Origin: Octopus vulgaris | Taxonomy: Eukaryota | Reading direction: 5' to 3' | Assembly: GCA_951406725.2 (NCBI GenBank) | Contig: OX597827.1 | Span: forward strand, 33,294,001-33,358,000 | Length of the DNA: 64,000 bases | Shown: positions 38,901 to 52,600 of the stretch, one piece after another | Layout of the letters: every line of letters begins with the position of its first letter | Numbering within the stretch: the stretch's first letter is position 1 | The notes under the pieces: model-generated | Database searches by the model: none | Told to the model about the DNA's origin: nothing | Seen by the model: the letters and a program-made list of their open reading frames with translations, nothing else | Position numbers and translations under genes: made by a program

Positions 38901-39990
38901 AAGGGGTATCAGAGATAGCATCGTTGTCGGGGGTATCTACTTTACTTTGATTCGCCCTCGATTCACTTTCCCTGTCAGCACTACAGCATGCAACCAGAGG
39001 TAGGACTTGATTATGTGTCCATCTTGGATGCGTAAACCCTTCTCTCCTATCTGTTTTCTCATCTTCAGTTCGGATATCAGGTTTCTCCGACGAATTCTCT
39101 CTCTCAATGAGTATTCCTCGCGAAAACCCATATTGGGGTCCTCCCAGGCAAGCTTCTAAGCTCTGTTCAGAAAGGTTGAAGTCTCCTGATCGGAAGAAAA
39201 GATTACTCTTATTGGGCATGGTCTAGTGTCTGAGGTTGGGTTCACTTGGAATCTTCCTAGCCAAGCAACCTTATGGATACTGACATTTTCATTGACAGAG
39301 AATAATTCTCCAACTAAAACGGAAACAAAATTTATGTCATCTTTTAGGCGTTTTATGCCCGTATCACCGGTGGATTCAGCTTTACCATAAATGATTGCTG
39401 ATCTTGAGTGGGCAAAATGGTCGTTCTGTTCTCTACTGTGAACTGTGGCATTCGATTCTTCGCCGGATAAATTAGAAAGGGCGGTTTCGTAGCCATCAGA
39501 CTTATGTAGGCCTTTGGGGTCAATCGGAATGGGTTTAGTGGTCATAACTTTCCCGCCTGTTTTGGAACTGCACTGCCTCTTCTTCATTTTGGAGGAGCAC
39601 CACTCCCCAGATGAACTCACATCAAGATCATTCAGAATTGGTTGAGCAATGGCGTTGATGGGAAGGACAAATGAGGGAGAATCCAAACAGATTTGATCTT
39701 GAGCAGGTTTCGCAGCTAAATCTGCCCCACTGGAGTTTTGACTACGTTTCTTCTTTTTGGGAGAACAACGGTCTTCAGGTGAGTTTAAGTCTACGCTCCT
39801 CAATTCAGGTTGGGGAACCTCCAGGACTGAAATGGCAGATGATGAAGAATCCGCACAGATACGATCATGAGTGGAAACGACCGCCGGTTCTTTCGCCTTC
39901 TTTGGCCGCTTTGATTTTGATCCCTTCAGTTTGGAAGTCTTTAGGGAAGAAATCAAGGGTGACTCTGCGTCAATAGGAGACTTTGAATGG
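35993..39990 (-). mobile_element. Near full-length CR1/L2-group LINE: ORF1 (~38937-39956) and ORF2 APE+RT (~36085-38870), frameshifted
   Basis: APE: IIYTN, PDVIAITETWL, GGGVAVYVK, VYRPP, GDFNAP, SDH; RT: [29 protein letters not shown]; (AACTT/AACT)n tail. Confidence 0.92.
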
Positions 39991-40075
39991 AATTCAGTTT
40001 GTTTATTCTGTAAATGGATTTATAAGCCTATTTGCCAAAAGGAATACTATTCTGAATGATTGGAACCTATGTTAA

Positions 40076-40294
40076 CCGTTAAGCATTCAGATTATTCTGT
40101 CAAATGCAATGCTTACTTGTTTACATTATTTTGAATTAATCGTGCATTATCTTGTAGCTTTGAGATTTCAATGATGTGATTGTCTATTTTTAGAATGGCA
40201 TTGTAAGGTATGTGGGAGAAAGTGGATCTGGCCAGTTTGAGCATAAAACAGTTAAGATATTTGGGTTTGATATAGATGGTTTAAATGTGATGGG
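40076..40294. mobile_element. piggyBac-like MITE (family of 2495-2712)
   Basis: TTAA at both ends; colinear with 2495-2712. Confidence 0.65.
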
Positions 40295-40549
40295 TTAAAC
40301 AAAGCTCTAGTCAGGTTCCAATCTTGGATGTATGCTAGACGTATATATTTTATAGAAGATTAAAAAAAAAAACTAAAGGTCAAGTTTTGTCTACAAATCC
40401 TATGTTTAACACTCCAGACACATGTTGGTGCAGAAACATATTCTGGAAATAAATTGCTCTTTGATGTAACACACAGGCAGTGGCACTTGCAGAAAAACTT
40501 AAAACAATGACTGATGTTTTCACACACATGCACACTCCTCTGCATAATA

Positions 40550-41345
40550 TTAGGTTGTCCAGAAAGTTTGTGCCGATTTATAGTACCTTACCTTTCGACT
40601 CATTTTAGAACATGGTTGAGTCCATAAAATAGGATTTGACTGCACCTCCATTTAGAGCAAACTTTAAGCTATCTTTTCATGGAAGAAGGTTTATGTTCCT
40701 ATAACCTGTGTTAATTCTGTAACCCTTTAAAATGGAAGAAAATAAAGTTCATTTTGGCACTTGCTGCTTTGGGAACCAGACAAAAATTGCTGCAGCTCGG
40801 CTGGGATGTGTTACCCCGCTCTCCATATTCACCAGATATTGCTCCTTCAGATTTCCACTTATTCAGGTCTCTGCAGAATAGTCTTAATGGTAAAAATTTC
40901 AATTCCTTGGGTGATGTAAAAAGATTCCTTGATGAATTCTTTGCCATGAAACCACCACAATTCTGGGAAGAGGGTATTTTCAAGTTAAAGGAAAGATGGA
41001 GACGTATTGTGCAAAAGCTCTATCTGCGACGATTTCATCTCAATCGAAGGAGAGGGGCTTTCTCCGTCCAGGTTGCGGATCCGTGGAATAAGCTGCCGGA
41101 CGAGATGGTGAAGATGCCGACGACCGCTCGGTTCAAAGTCTCCCTTGACCACAAGTGGCCTGAACTCTTTACATGAACACCACCCTGTACATAACTCCAT
41201 GTCTGCCTACATGGCCTTGCTTTTTGCTTTTTGAGCCAAAAAATGAACTAACTAACATATCTGGTTGATTAAAAATGTAATGGCAAGTATTTATTGACCT
41301 TTTTCTGGCCTTTAAAAATCGGCATGAACTTTCTGGACAACCCAA
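40550..41345 (+). mobile_element. Internally deleted mariner transposon
   Basis: TA TSD; TIR TTAGGTTGTCCAGAAAGTTTGTGCCGATTT / AAATCGGCATGAACTTTCTGGACAACCCAA; MEENKVHF start at 40732; PYSPDIAPSDFHLF motif; YLVD* end. Confidence 0.92.
41013..41256 (+). mobile_element. 3' fragment of the 35993-39990 LINE family inserted in the mariner
   Basis: KLYLRRFHLNRRRGAFSVQVADPWNKLPDE..WPELFT* plus the same 3' UTR and (AACT)n tail. Confidence 0.9.
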
Positions 41346-44300
41346 TATTTTCTTGGGACCTTTGCAATGCTCCCTCTGTTAACCCTTTTGTTGCCATATC
41401 TCTGAAGTTCACAACCATTGTTTCAATTAATTTGGAAAATAATGAAGAATTTAGCAAAACTGTCATCAACAAGCTGATATTTGGAACATAAACTGGTTTT
41501 AAGTTTTAATACAGGGCCAGCAGTTTTTTTTTTTGGGGGGGGGGGGTTATAAACCCAGTATTCAGCTGGTACTTATTTTATTGACCCTGAAAGGATGAAA
41601 GGCAAAGTCAACCTCGGAGGAATTTGAACTCACAACGCAAAGATGGACGGAATGCCTCAAAGCATTTTGCTTGGCATGCTAATGATTGTGCCGGCTCCCT
41701 GCCTTATTTGGAGCATAAATTCACAAGAAATTTCCATGGGATGTTTTAATTTAGATCACTTTAAAATAGGAAGTTTGTATCACAAAACCAGGGACTGTTT
41801 CATGTAGGTTAGTATCATCATCATCATCATCGTTTAACATCCGTTTTCCATACTGGCACAGGTTGGACGGTTTGACTGAGGACTGGCAAGCCAGGAGGCT
41901 GCACCAGGCTTCAATCAGATCTGGCAAGGTTTCTACAGCTGGATGCCCTTCCTAACACCAACCACTCCGAGAGTGTAGTGGGTGCTTTTTACATGCCACT
42001 ATCTAACAGTTACTAAACTATTGTGTTCGTTTTGTTCTTTTTGGTTGGATCTGAGTTTTGAGAGGAATTCTTTCCAAGAGCAAATTCTGTTATGCACTCG
42101 AGGTTGGTCTCTTGGTAGAATTTGCAACGTAACCATGTTTGTTTGCACTTCAGTTCGACTGTGTGACACCTTGGGCAAGTGCCTTCTGCCATAGCTCTGG
42201 GTTGGACCAAAGCCTTGCGAGCAGATTTAGTGCAAAGAAACTGGAAGAAGTCCATCATATTCTTTTACTCGTTTCAGTCAATTGACTGTGGCCATGCTGG
42301 AGCACCACCTTTTAGTCGAAGAAATCAACCCCTGGACTTATTTTTTGTAAGCCTGGTGCTTATTCTAGTGGTATCTTGTCGAACTGCTAAGTTACGGAGA
42401 CATAAACACACCAGCAGTTGTCAAGCAATGGTGGCGGAACAAACACAGACATAAACATACACAAATATATGATCGATGCCAGTCCCACCAGACTTGTTCC
42501 TGTGTAAAAAGCACCATTCGAGTGTGGTCATTGCCAGTACCATCTGACTAGCTCCTGTGCTGGTGGTATGTAAAAAGTACCATTTGAGCATAGTTGATGC
42601 CAGTACCGCCTGACTGGCACTCATGCTAGTGGCATGTAAAAAGCACCCACTACACTCTTGGAGTGGTTGACATTAGAAAGGGCATCCAGCTGTAGAAACC
42701 ATGCCAAATCAGACTGGAGGTTGCTGCAGCTTTCTGGCTTGACAGTCCTCAGTCAAACCGTCCAACCCATGCCAGCATGGAAAATGGCTGTTAAACAATG
42801 ATGATGATATATGATGGGCTTCTTTCAGTTTCTCTCTACCAAATCTACTCACAAATCTTTGGTCAGCCCAGAAGACACTTGCCCAAGGTGCCACACAGTG
42901 GGACTGAACCTGGAACCATGTGGTTGGGAAGCAACCTTCTTACCACACAGCCATGGCCACTCTCCACTGGTACAAGCTGGACATGGGATATTCATGTACA
43001 CATCATCATCATCATATCCTCCTTCCATGCTGGCATGGGTTGGATGGTTTGACATGGAGTTGGCAAGTCAGAAGACTACCCAAGGCTCTACTGTCTGTTT
43101 TGACAGGGTTTCTGTGGCTGGTTACCCTTCCTAACACCAACCACTTTACAGAATGTACTGGGTGCTGTTCATGTAGCACAAGCTGCAGTGGGGTCACCAA
43201 GTAACTTGCAGGGCAAGACCCTTCAATTGAGTGTTTATTATATAATCCTTTCTCCTCTAGGTATAAGACCCGAAATTTTGTGGGGTGTGCGGGCCAGTTG
43301 ATTAGATCAGCCTCAGTATGCAATGGTACATAAATTATCGTCCCCAAAAGGATGAAAGGCAAAGTCAACTCAGTGGGATTTGAACCCAGAACATAAATAC
43401 AGATGAAAAGCTGCTAAGCATTTTGTCCAGCATGTTAACATTTCTGCCAGCTTGCTGCCTTAAAATATTCTTTTCTACTCTAGGCATAAGGCCCGAAATT
43501 TTGGGGGGAGGGGGCCAGTTGATTAGATCAGTTCCCGTACCCAACTGGTACTTAATTTATCGACCCCGAAAGAATGAAAGCAAAGTTGACCTCGGTGGAA
43601 TTTGAACTCAGAACATAAAGACAAAGGAACTACGTTTCTGCCAGTTCACCATCATCATCGTTTAACGTCCGTTTTCCATGCTAGCATGGGTTGGACGGTT
43701 CAAATGGGGTCTGGGAAGCCAGAAGGCTGCGCCAGGTCCAGTCTGATCTGGCAGTGTTTCTACAGCTGGATGCCCTTCCTAACGCCAACCACTCCATGAG
43801 TGTAGTGGGAGCTTTTTACGTGCCACCTGCACAGGTGCCAAACGAGGCTGGCAAACGACCACGATCAGATGGTGCTTTTTACGTGCCACCAGCACGGGGG
43901 CCAGACAAGGCAGTCAACGGCTGCAATTGGATGGTGCTTTTTACGTGCTACCGGCACGGAGGCCAATCGGGGCGGCGCTGGCAACAGCCACGTTCAGATG
44001 GTTCTCTTACATGCCACTGGCACTGGTATCACAGCTACAATTTCCATTGATGTTGATCGATTTCGATCTTAGTGTATATTATATATAGGCAGATCAAAAA
44101 TTGACAAAAGAAAAGGGAAAAAAAACAACAAAAGACAGTAACTATATTAGGTTGACACTCAGTGAGAGCTTTAGATGGGAAAATAGGAGTGGAAATGATG
44201 TTTCAAGCATGGCTCTTTGTTGGAAAGTGGGAAAAGTCCGGCTACCAAATCCACTTATGAGGTTTTGATCAATCTGGGGCTATTACAGTACCAAATGAAA

Positions 44301-44869
44301 AGGAGGAAGGAAGAAATAGTTTGGAGAAAAGAAAATGTCATTGAGCGCCAGTTTTATATAAGTGATGTTCATTTCCAATTTTCCATAGAAATAAGTTTGG
44401 CCATGGGGAAATTATGTAGTTTGGAAACAGGTGAGGGTTGGTGACAGGAAAGATATTCAGCTACAGAAATATGCCTTAATGAATTCCATCTGATCCATGC
44501 AAAACATGAAAAAGTAGACATGAAAATAACAATGATGAAGTTTTATAGTGTTGTAAAAATCACCCAGTATACTGTTAAGTGGTTGGCATTAGGAAGGGCA
44601 TCCAGCCATAGAACCATGCCACAACAGACAATTGGAGTCTGGACAGCTCCTTGCTAGCCAGCTCCATATCAAACTGTCTGACCCATGCCAGCATGGAAAG
44701 CAGATGTTAAACAATGATGTTATGAAATGAGAAAGCTTAGTGTGGACGAATGATTCATAAGAGATGATCTGGCTGCATCATCATCCACTCTCCATGCTGG
44801 CATCAGTTGGACAATTTGGCAGGAGCTGGCCAACTGGGGAGCTGTCCAGGCACCAAATGTCTGTTGTTG

Positions 44870-45340
44870 CATCATCATCATTGTTCAACCGTGGTCGAGA
44901 CAATATAATTTACTATGTTACGCCAGACTTCCTGGTCCATCATAGCATTACGGAGGTCCTGTTGCTGGATGCCTGTATCCCTGGAGATTACATCAGGATA
45001 GGAGAGTGTGTGCCCTCTGGTAGGAGAAGAGTAGAAATGACCTCATTTTCAGCTCTACAACAATGTCCAGCAAACTGGACTCTTCTACCTTTCACAAGAG
45101 ATGATACAGGTGGTAGTTTCCCATATATTTGTACTTTGGTTGTATGACGCTTCTACGAGAGATTTTGAGCTCTCATAAGGAGGCGAGTGTAAGTTCCATC
45201 CAACCGCCTCTCAAGCTTCTTTGATAACATCCAGGTTTCTGATCCATATAGTAGAATTGGTTCAACTGTGGCTTTGAAGATTTTAAGTTTGAAATCTCTA
45301 CTTAGATTTGATGACCAGATCTTATGCATATCATTACAGG
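44870..45340 (-). mobile_element. RTE-group LINE 3' fragment (another family)
   Basis: KIWSSNLSRDFKLKIFKATVEPILLYGSETW..RRVQFAGHC; (GAT)n tail; inserted within an older RTE tail. Confidence 0.8.
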
Positions 45341-47881
45341 CTGGATGCCCTCCCTAACGCCAACCACTTTACAGAGTGTACTGGGTGCTTTTTATATATC
45401 ATCATCGTTTAATGTCCATTTTCCATGCTAGCATGGGTTGGATGGTTCGACCGAGGTCTGGGAAGCTAGGAGGCTGCACCAGGCTCGAAGAATTTAGAAA
45501 AAAAATTGGCTCAAAATCCAAGCTCCTGGTAGTTAAGTATCAGACAAGGTTCTTTATTCAGCTGCCTTCTTTTAATCGTTGTTCTTCAGGTAATCTCACA
45601 GGATGCTCATGGAAGTGACTATCAGCATATAAGTCAGAGATACTGAAGAATCTGGTGCAGAACATCTTATGTTCCAGTTTGGAAAATAGTCACGAATTGA
45701 AGAATCTGAAGGTAAAATTGAATAACACTAGCATTTCAGGTGCCTTTAACTACAGGCCTGGGACAAAGAAAACTTAGGAATGGATTTCATCATCATCACC
45801 ATTTAATGTTCGTTTTCCATGCTGGCATGGGTTGGATGGTTTGGTAGAAGCTGGCAAGGCTGGGACCTGCACCAGGCTCCATTGTCCGTTTTGGTATGGT
45901 TTCTACGTCTGGATGCCCTTCCTAATGCCAACCACTTTACAGAATGTGCTGAGTGATGTGGTGCTATCACCAGTGCTTTTTACACAGGTGCAAACTGAAA
46001 GAAGCCCATTGTGTGTGTGTGTGTGTGTATTCTTTTATTCTTTTACTTGTTTCAGTCATTTGACTACAGCCATGCTGGAGCACCGCCTGCATAAGTGTGT
46101 GTGTATATGTGTGTTTGTGTCTCCTTGTCTTGATACCATGTGACAGTTGTAAACAAGTGACACTATTACACATGTTGAGTCATGTGGAAATATTAACTTG
46201 CTTCGAAACAGGTGAGGTATCTGACAAAAGAAAATCTGCCGCAACAAATTCTGTCTGATCCATGGAACCATGGAAAAGTAGATGTTAAAATGATGATGAC
46301 ATCTGAAATATCAACTGGCAACAGGGACCCATTAAAGCTGAAGCAGCAAAGTAAGGGCCTTACTTTGAGACAAAGGTCAAAGTTAGCAGCACCTTGGTTT
46401 CCTGTAATAAATGCAGTACACCATCATCATAGTTTTAATGATCACTTTTTCATGCTTGCATGGATTGGGTGAAATTTTTTGAGGTGGACTTTTTATGGCC
46501 AAATGCCTTTCCTGTCACCAACCCTTACACATTTCCAAGCAAGGCAATATTTTCCCATGACCAGACATATTTTCACAGAATATTGGAAATGAGGGACATT
46601 ACTTGACTGATGGTGATAGCCACTAACAATTATGTGATGTCAAGAGGCAAAGAGACAGGGACATGAACAGACACACACACATATATGCACATACACAAGT
46701 TTCCTTTAGTTTCCATATATGCAAACCCACTCACAAGGCTTTTGTTAGCTTGGGGTTATAGAAGACACTTGCCTCATGCAGTGAGACTTAACCTGGATCC
46801 ATGAGATCAGGAATCAAGCTTCTTACCACACAGCCACATATAGGTCTAAATAGATATACAAAAGATGTAGTTGGATTTCTGATGGATTGCCAGATGAGTG
46901 GAAACCATTTATAACTTCAAATAATTCCACATGCATTCATCATCAACAAACCCTCTTTCAGGGAAGCAATCTTAGGGCTATTATGCCTGATCCATTTCCC
47001 CTCTTTGGCTGCCTGTCAATCATTTTTATCCATGCTTGTCAGATATTTAGCATTGATAATGGTTATCTTTAGCCTCTCCTATGAGATCCTTTTTGGATAA
47101 TTTTTCTGTAGTTTCCATTGCTGTGGCTGAAGTTGTGCAAGCAGCTTGTATGGCAATGCTGACTGAGCCATTTCACTTGTATGTTCAGGAATTATTTCAG
47201 AAATATCTGCTGGCAATAGCAAAGCTGAATGTGATCATTCTCCACATGATTAATCTGTTGTGCTCCATTCCAAGAATTTAATCAAGTATCATCACCACCA
47301 CCATTATCATTATCCTCTTCATCATCATTATTATTATTATTACTATTATTATACAGAGTGCTGGTAGAATTGTTAGCATGCCAGGTGAAATGCTTAGCGG
47401 CATTTCCATTCATCTTTACGTTCTGAGTTCAAATTCCACCAAGGTCGACTTTGCCTTTCATTCTTTCAGGGTCAATGAAATAAGTACCAGTGTTGTACTG
47501 GGGATCGATATAACTGACTTACCCACTCCTGCGAAACTACCAGCCTTGTGTCAACATTTGAAATCATTATTCCACCGCCATTATTTAACTCTAGCTTTCC
47601 ATGCCAGTATGGGTTGAACGGTTTGGCAGGATCTGACAAAACACAGGGCTGCACTTAGCACCAATGTTAGCTGTGGCATGGCATCTGCAAGTGGATACAC
47701 TAGCTAATACCTACCAATTCATAGACTATACAGGGTGCTTTGTTTATGACACCTGTGCCTCTTAACTTGCGAGGCTATTATCATCAAGTTTTTTTTCTGT
47801 ACCTGAAGGAGAACAGAAGGAGTGGATGATGATCCCAAGCAGAGAATGAGGAAGTATAGCAAAGATTGAGAGACTGATTAA

Positions 47882-48007
47882 CCCTTTGAGCCCATAACAC
47901 AGGTTTACCGGTGGACATCTTATTTTTCTCTATACTGTAGCACTGCTCTATCAGTGGAGAGCTAGGTATATGGTCAAATAAGGTTTAGGAGGTCAGGGCT
48001 CAAAGGG
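47882..48007. mobile_element. Short piggyBac-like MITE
   Basis: TTAA-CCCTTTGAGCCC ... GGGCTCAAAGGG-TTAG. Confidence 0.65.
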
Positions 48008-48369
48008 TTAGGAGAGACATTACGACCTATGGGTTGCTGAAGTAGGAAGCAGGTCACCAAGAGTTACCCTCAGACAAAACACCTGTGCTTGATGCTTCTA
48101 ATATAGTGAACACTGCTAATGGTTCCCAAGATCCAGGTAATTGTGTTAAACCAGGTGATGGATAAAATCTACCTCCTCAGAAGGGGCACAGTCCATTTAG
48201 CTTCCACAGTCTTCATCTGCACACTTTCTCTCAGGTTTGGGGTGACTCGAGTCCACAGTAGAAGTTACAGGCCAAAGATGCTCAACAGTGAAATTGAACC
48301 CAGAACCACACAATTGCAAATCAAATTTCTCAACTGACCCGTCAGGCTAATGCCCACATAACCACCATG

Positions 48370-48580
48370 AACTGAAGCCTGTAACTACAAAACAGTTTGT
48401 TGACAGGTTTGTGGTTGAGCCTGAGGCAGTGGAGACTTCTGTCATGCCTGGCTTCTGGGCCACATCTCTGTTCACTGCTATTAAGATAGAGATGGATATT
48501 TGCAAGTGCAAGCCCCACTAGTCAGAATGGCTGTTCCAGCCCATCTTCTGAGGCAACACCTTTTCCAGTTTGTTCACTGG
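48370..48580 (+). pseudogene. Ancient CRE-like (restriction-like endonuclease) LINE C-terminal remnant
   Basis: RFVVEPEAVETSVMPG..ATSL..PH*SEWLFQPIF*GNTFS resembles the CRE pattern F.P.AVET.G..G..WLFQRIS...RGN; not in ORF track. Confidence 0.5.
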
Positions 48581-51500
48581 GACCATAAGGTGGACTGTCA
48601 AGCAGTTTTAGCTGCTTGTTACTTGTAGTTTTATTGCAACATTGCTTCTGTTTATATCGAAATCTATTTATGAATACATTTTGTTTGTTGGAAGGCATAA
48701 GTAATCATTCAAGTGACATACACAGGTTCTGAAAGTGGAACTTTGAAGATAAGCTCAATGGCTGGAATTTAAAGAGAAGATAAACATTTAAAGATTGCTG
48801 CTGCTGCTACTACTAGAATACAAAACCAATAATGAGTTAAAAAAAAAAAAAGAAACAGCTGTGTGCTTGCTTGACTTACTAGAAATTGTAACCAGATTTC
48901 CCTCAAATCACACCACACTGTTTGAAAGAAAGGACGCGTTAGAAAATGTAGTCCTTGAGACTACACAGTTATGATTTTTAATCTTAGGTCAGCTTATATA
49001 ACAACAATAAAAACAATGAGAAAACCATTAAAGAATGAGAGTCAATAAATCAGTCTTAAAAGTAAGGACAGCATGTCTGTCATAAAGATAAGATGGGCAA
49101 AGAAAAATATGGACCTATGTCATAACGTAATAAATTAATGCAATTTCCCACAAATGAACGCATATAATCAAATTATGAATAGATTAATGACATAAACGAA
49201 TACATACATAAACTTATACAAAATCTTATGCATAAACTGTATAGACAGAGACACACACACACACCTGAAGTTCCTTGAGTAACTCTTGTGATATTCTCAG
49301 CAAATAAAAATTATATACTTGTTCGTAAAAACCAAGCAGGCTTGTTTATCCCTATATTATACATCAACTCTTTACACGTGTACAAAGAAGTTTATAAACA
49401 CAGGTATATTGAATAGCCAAGCCAATCACAATAATTCTGCCTACAACAAACAGCTGATAGAATTTGCCATTTTGCTGTAAATCATGACAAAGCATAAACG
49501 TGTGTTCCATAAATACGTCAGGTTCCTCAAAATAAAACATTTAAAGCGTGTCTTACTTGTGGGACACCTGGTTCACACATACATCCCCCCACAATGGTTA
49601 TTAAGAAACATTCCCTACCTTTGTCCCAATTAAGCGAAATTTCTGCATTTGCCTCCATACACACTACCACCACCTGAAACTAATTTGGTTTCTAGCAAGT
49701 TCTAAATATGTTAGCCTGTTTCTTTCTATAATAATAATAATAATAATAATATCCACCACGAACAGTAGCAATTACAGTATTGAACAAGACTTACAGGGGA
49801 AAAAAATGTCAAATCATACATACACACACGATTGTGTGTGTATGACACGCATTCACGTAAACATATACGCCTAACACTCCTACACAGATCCGTCTCTACG
49901 TGACGCCTGTATGTATACATATATATATATATATAGCTATATGCACACACACACACAAATCACGCGTCCGCGCGGTGTCCGTCACTATGTGTGCGTGCGT
50001 TTAATATCGTATAAATGGCAAATTGCGTCTGACTGACTGGACCAACAATTTATGTATACATATATATATATATAAATTTTTGCCTTAAAATGACAAAATT
50101 CACGGACAAGAGACACACGTCATGTTAGCTATATAACTATTATTATTGTTGATGATGGTTGAAAGGTTGTAGATGAAGGTTCGAGATGCCGGACCATTCA
50201 TATTTTCCTTTCTCCCCATGCCACACATTTTTTTCTAGTCTGGACTCTGAACTCTTGAGTTCAAATAACACCGGGTTCGGCTTCACCTTTTGTCCCTCTT
50301 CAGTCCATTAAACTCTTAACCAGTGGACCCAGGTCAATTTAACGGGACTGTAGTTTCCCCCCTTCCCCCTTTATACTACTAATATGAGAATTTAAAAAAA
50401 AATTCTGATTTAGGCACGAAGCCGGAAATTTTAGGGGTAGGGCTTGGTCGATTAAATCGATCTCAGGGTCAACTTTGTCTTTCGTCCCCTTCGGGATTGA
50501 TAAAATTACCGCTGATAGTAGACCACCAGGTTGATTCAAACGGGTATTATATTGTCCTCCTCCTTCTGCAGATGTGAAAAACGATAATAATTTTGGCACA
50601 AGTCCAACAATTATGAAGAGAGGGGGAAGTCGATTACACAGACCCCAATACATAACTGGTACTCATTTGATTGACCCCGATTATAATTTCTTATAAGCAT
50701 ACATGGTGCCAAAAATGCTTACAATGTTTTCTTGTGGACAGGCAAAAATCGGTGAGGGAGGAGTTCGTTACGTGCCTTGGCCTTCCATAGGGCCCATACA
50801 CTCCACTCCTACTTCCATACAGTATGTGTGAGTTTGTGTCTAACACAGAAATCAATACTCTTTTTTTTTCCCACAGATCGATCGGACCTGTAAGATTGCA
50901 ACGTTCATGCCATTCCCAGCGATATATTAGCAAATACGAGTGATACGTCGTCTCTTGCTGTGAATGGAACCCAGAACCGGCCGGGGAGCTTCATTTTTAC
51001 TCTTAAGCATTTACCATTGTTAATCAACAGTGTAGCTATAAGTATTTTTAATATTTTATACAAGAACCCAGGCCATTTTCTCTTAATTATTGGCACTAAT
51101 TAGATTGAAGCTGGAGGGATGAAAGGTTAAGCCGGCTCGAGTGGGGAAAAGGATTTGAACATGGAACCGAAAAGATGGTAACTAAATAAAATACAATAAT
51201 GAATTTAATTACTGCTGATCATTCCAGATAGAAGAGGGTTGTGAGAGGAACAAAAAATAAAAAAGGCTTCGAGAATCAGTATTCTGGTTCGAATTCCAGT
51301 CGTAGCTAATTCCATCTACATCAACTGTATCGTTAAACTGAGAGAGCCATGAAGCTCACACAATTATTACATTTGTAAATGTGTAGATTCTGCGTTTAAA
51401 CACACACAAACACACACACATATATATACATTTGGCGATAAGAGATTTATGCTTCAGGCAAGCTCAAATACGCGACCCGGTTTCGATTTCCGGTTGTAGC

Positions 51501-51583
51501 CATTTCATTCTACGTGACTGTCTAATGCCCTTGAGACAAGAATAAACGTCACAATCGCACTTAACCCTCTACCCTAGACCTCT

Positions 51584-51640
<57 letters not shown>

Positions 51641-52207
51641 TATAACACAAACATCCGTATATAAGTACAAACAATGTGTACAATAAATATATCTGAGTGT
51701 ATATAAATATATATATATATATAAACACAGTTAAGTGTATATAAGTACATATTTCTGTGTGCATATATACTTATATATGTGTGTGTGTGTATAAGTGAAC
51801 ATATATAAACATCTACGTTAGAATCAGATTTGGTGAAATACTTTCTCTTTTATTAAAAAAAAAGTAACAATACACCATAAAAAATCCTTAATAATTATTA
51901 CAAATGTAACAATTAATATTATTAAAACACAGAATAATTAACGTGCTCTGGAAGAAAGGAAACAAGAAAAAAATGTATGCACATAGAACATATATGTGTG
52001 TGTAGATATACATAAGTATATACACACACATGATGCCATGAAATGGGGGATCAGTTTTGTATTGTAACAATATTAAAAAATAACCCCTGTTTTTTTAGCC
52101 ACAGTTCTTATAAGTACAAATATACACACCACCACCTATACAACATTCTTCGTATATTGGGAGTTGTGTCGAGGGGGGAGAAAAACGGTGTTTATACACA
52201 AGATCAT

Positions 52208-52263
<56 letters not shown>

Positions 52264-52431
52264 GTATAATGTTGGTACATATCTATACATACATGAGACA
52301 GACAGGGTGGTGGTGGTGATTGTGTCTTGTGTTCCAAGATCTTTTTTTTTCTTTATTTCTTTAAGCAATTCCAGACAAATGGGTAGAGCGCTCAAAGACA
52401 CACAAAAAAGAGAAACAAGAAACAAGGCCTT

Positions 52432-52600
52432 ACTTACCGTTGTCGTGTCTGACAAACAGAAACGAAGTGGATTTATCAGGTCATTGACGTGGTAGCAGCC
52501 TTCATCATCACTAGCGTCATCATCATCATCATTACTATCATCATCAACATCAACGTCATCATCATCATCATTGTCAACATAACTATCACTATAATCAATA
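52432..52600 (-). promoter_or_regulatory. Candidate 5' exon end / splice donor of the minus-strand host gene
   Basis: Minus strand ...GACACGACAACG|GTAAGT consensus donor (exon ends 52438) in apparently non-TE, CpG-richer sequence. Exon start undefined. Confidence 0.35.

Noticed and set aside
42475-42660. CRISPR-like repeat/spacer pattern (also 3562, 15560, 43800, 62215)
   Set aside because: Spacers are homologous to each other, repeats lie in a LINE 3' UTR, eukaryotic context, no cas genes.
46850-47285. Coding-like non-repeat segment
   Set aside because: Stops interrupt the frames and no clear splice pair; possibly an old LINE remnant but unassignable.
50860-51100. Plus-strand acceptor (tttttttttcccacag|ATCG) and exon
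   Set aside because: All frames stop early or lack recognisable product; no partner exon identified.
52490-52600. Asp-rich coding exon
   Set aside because: Explained by degenerate (GAT)n repeats, which are common here; no start or acceptor supports coding.
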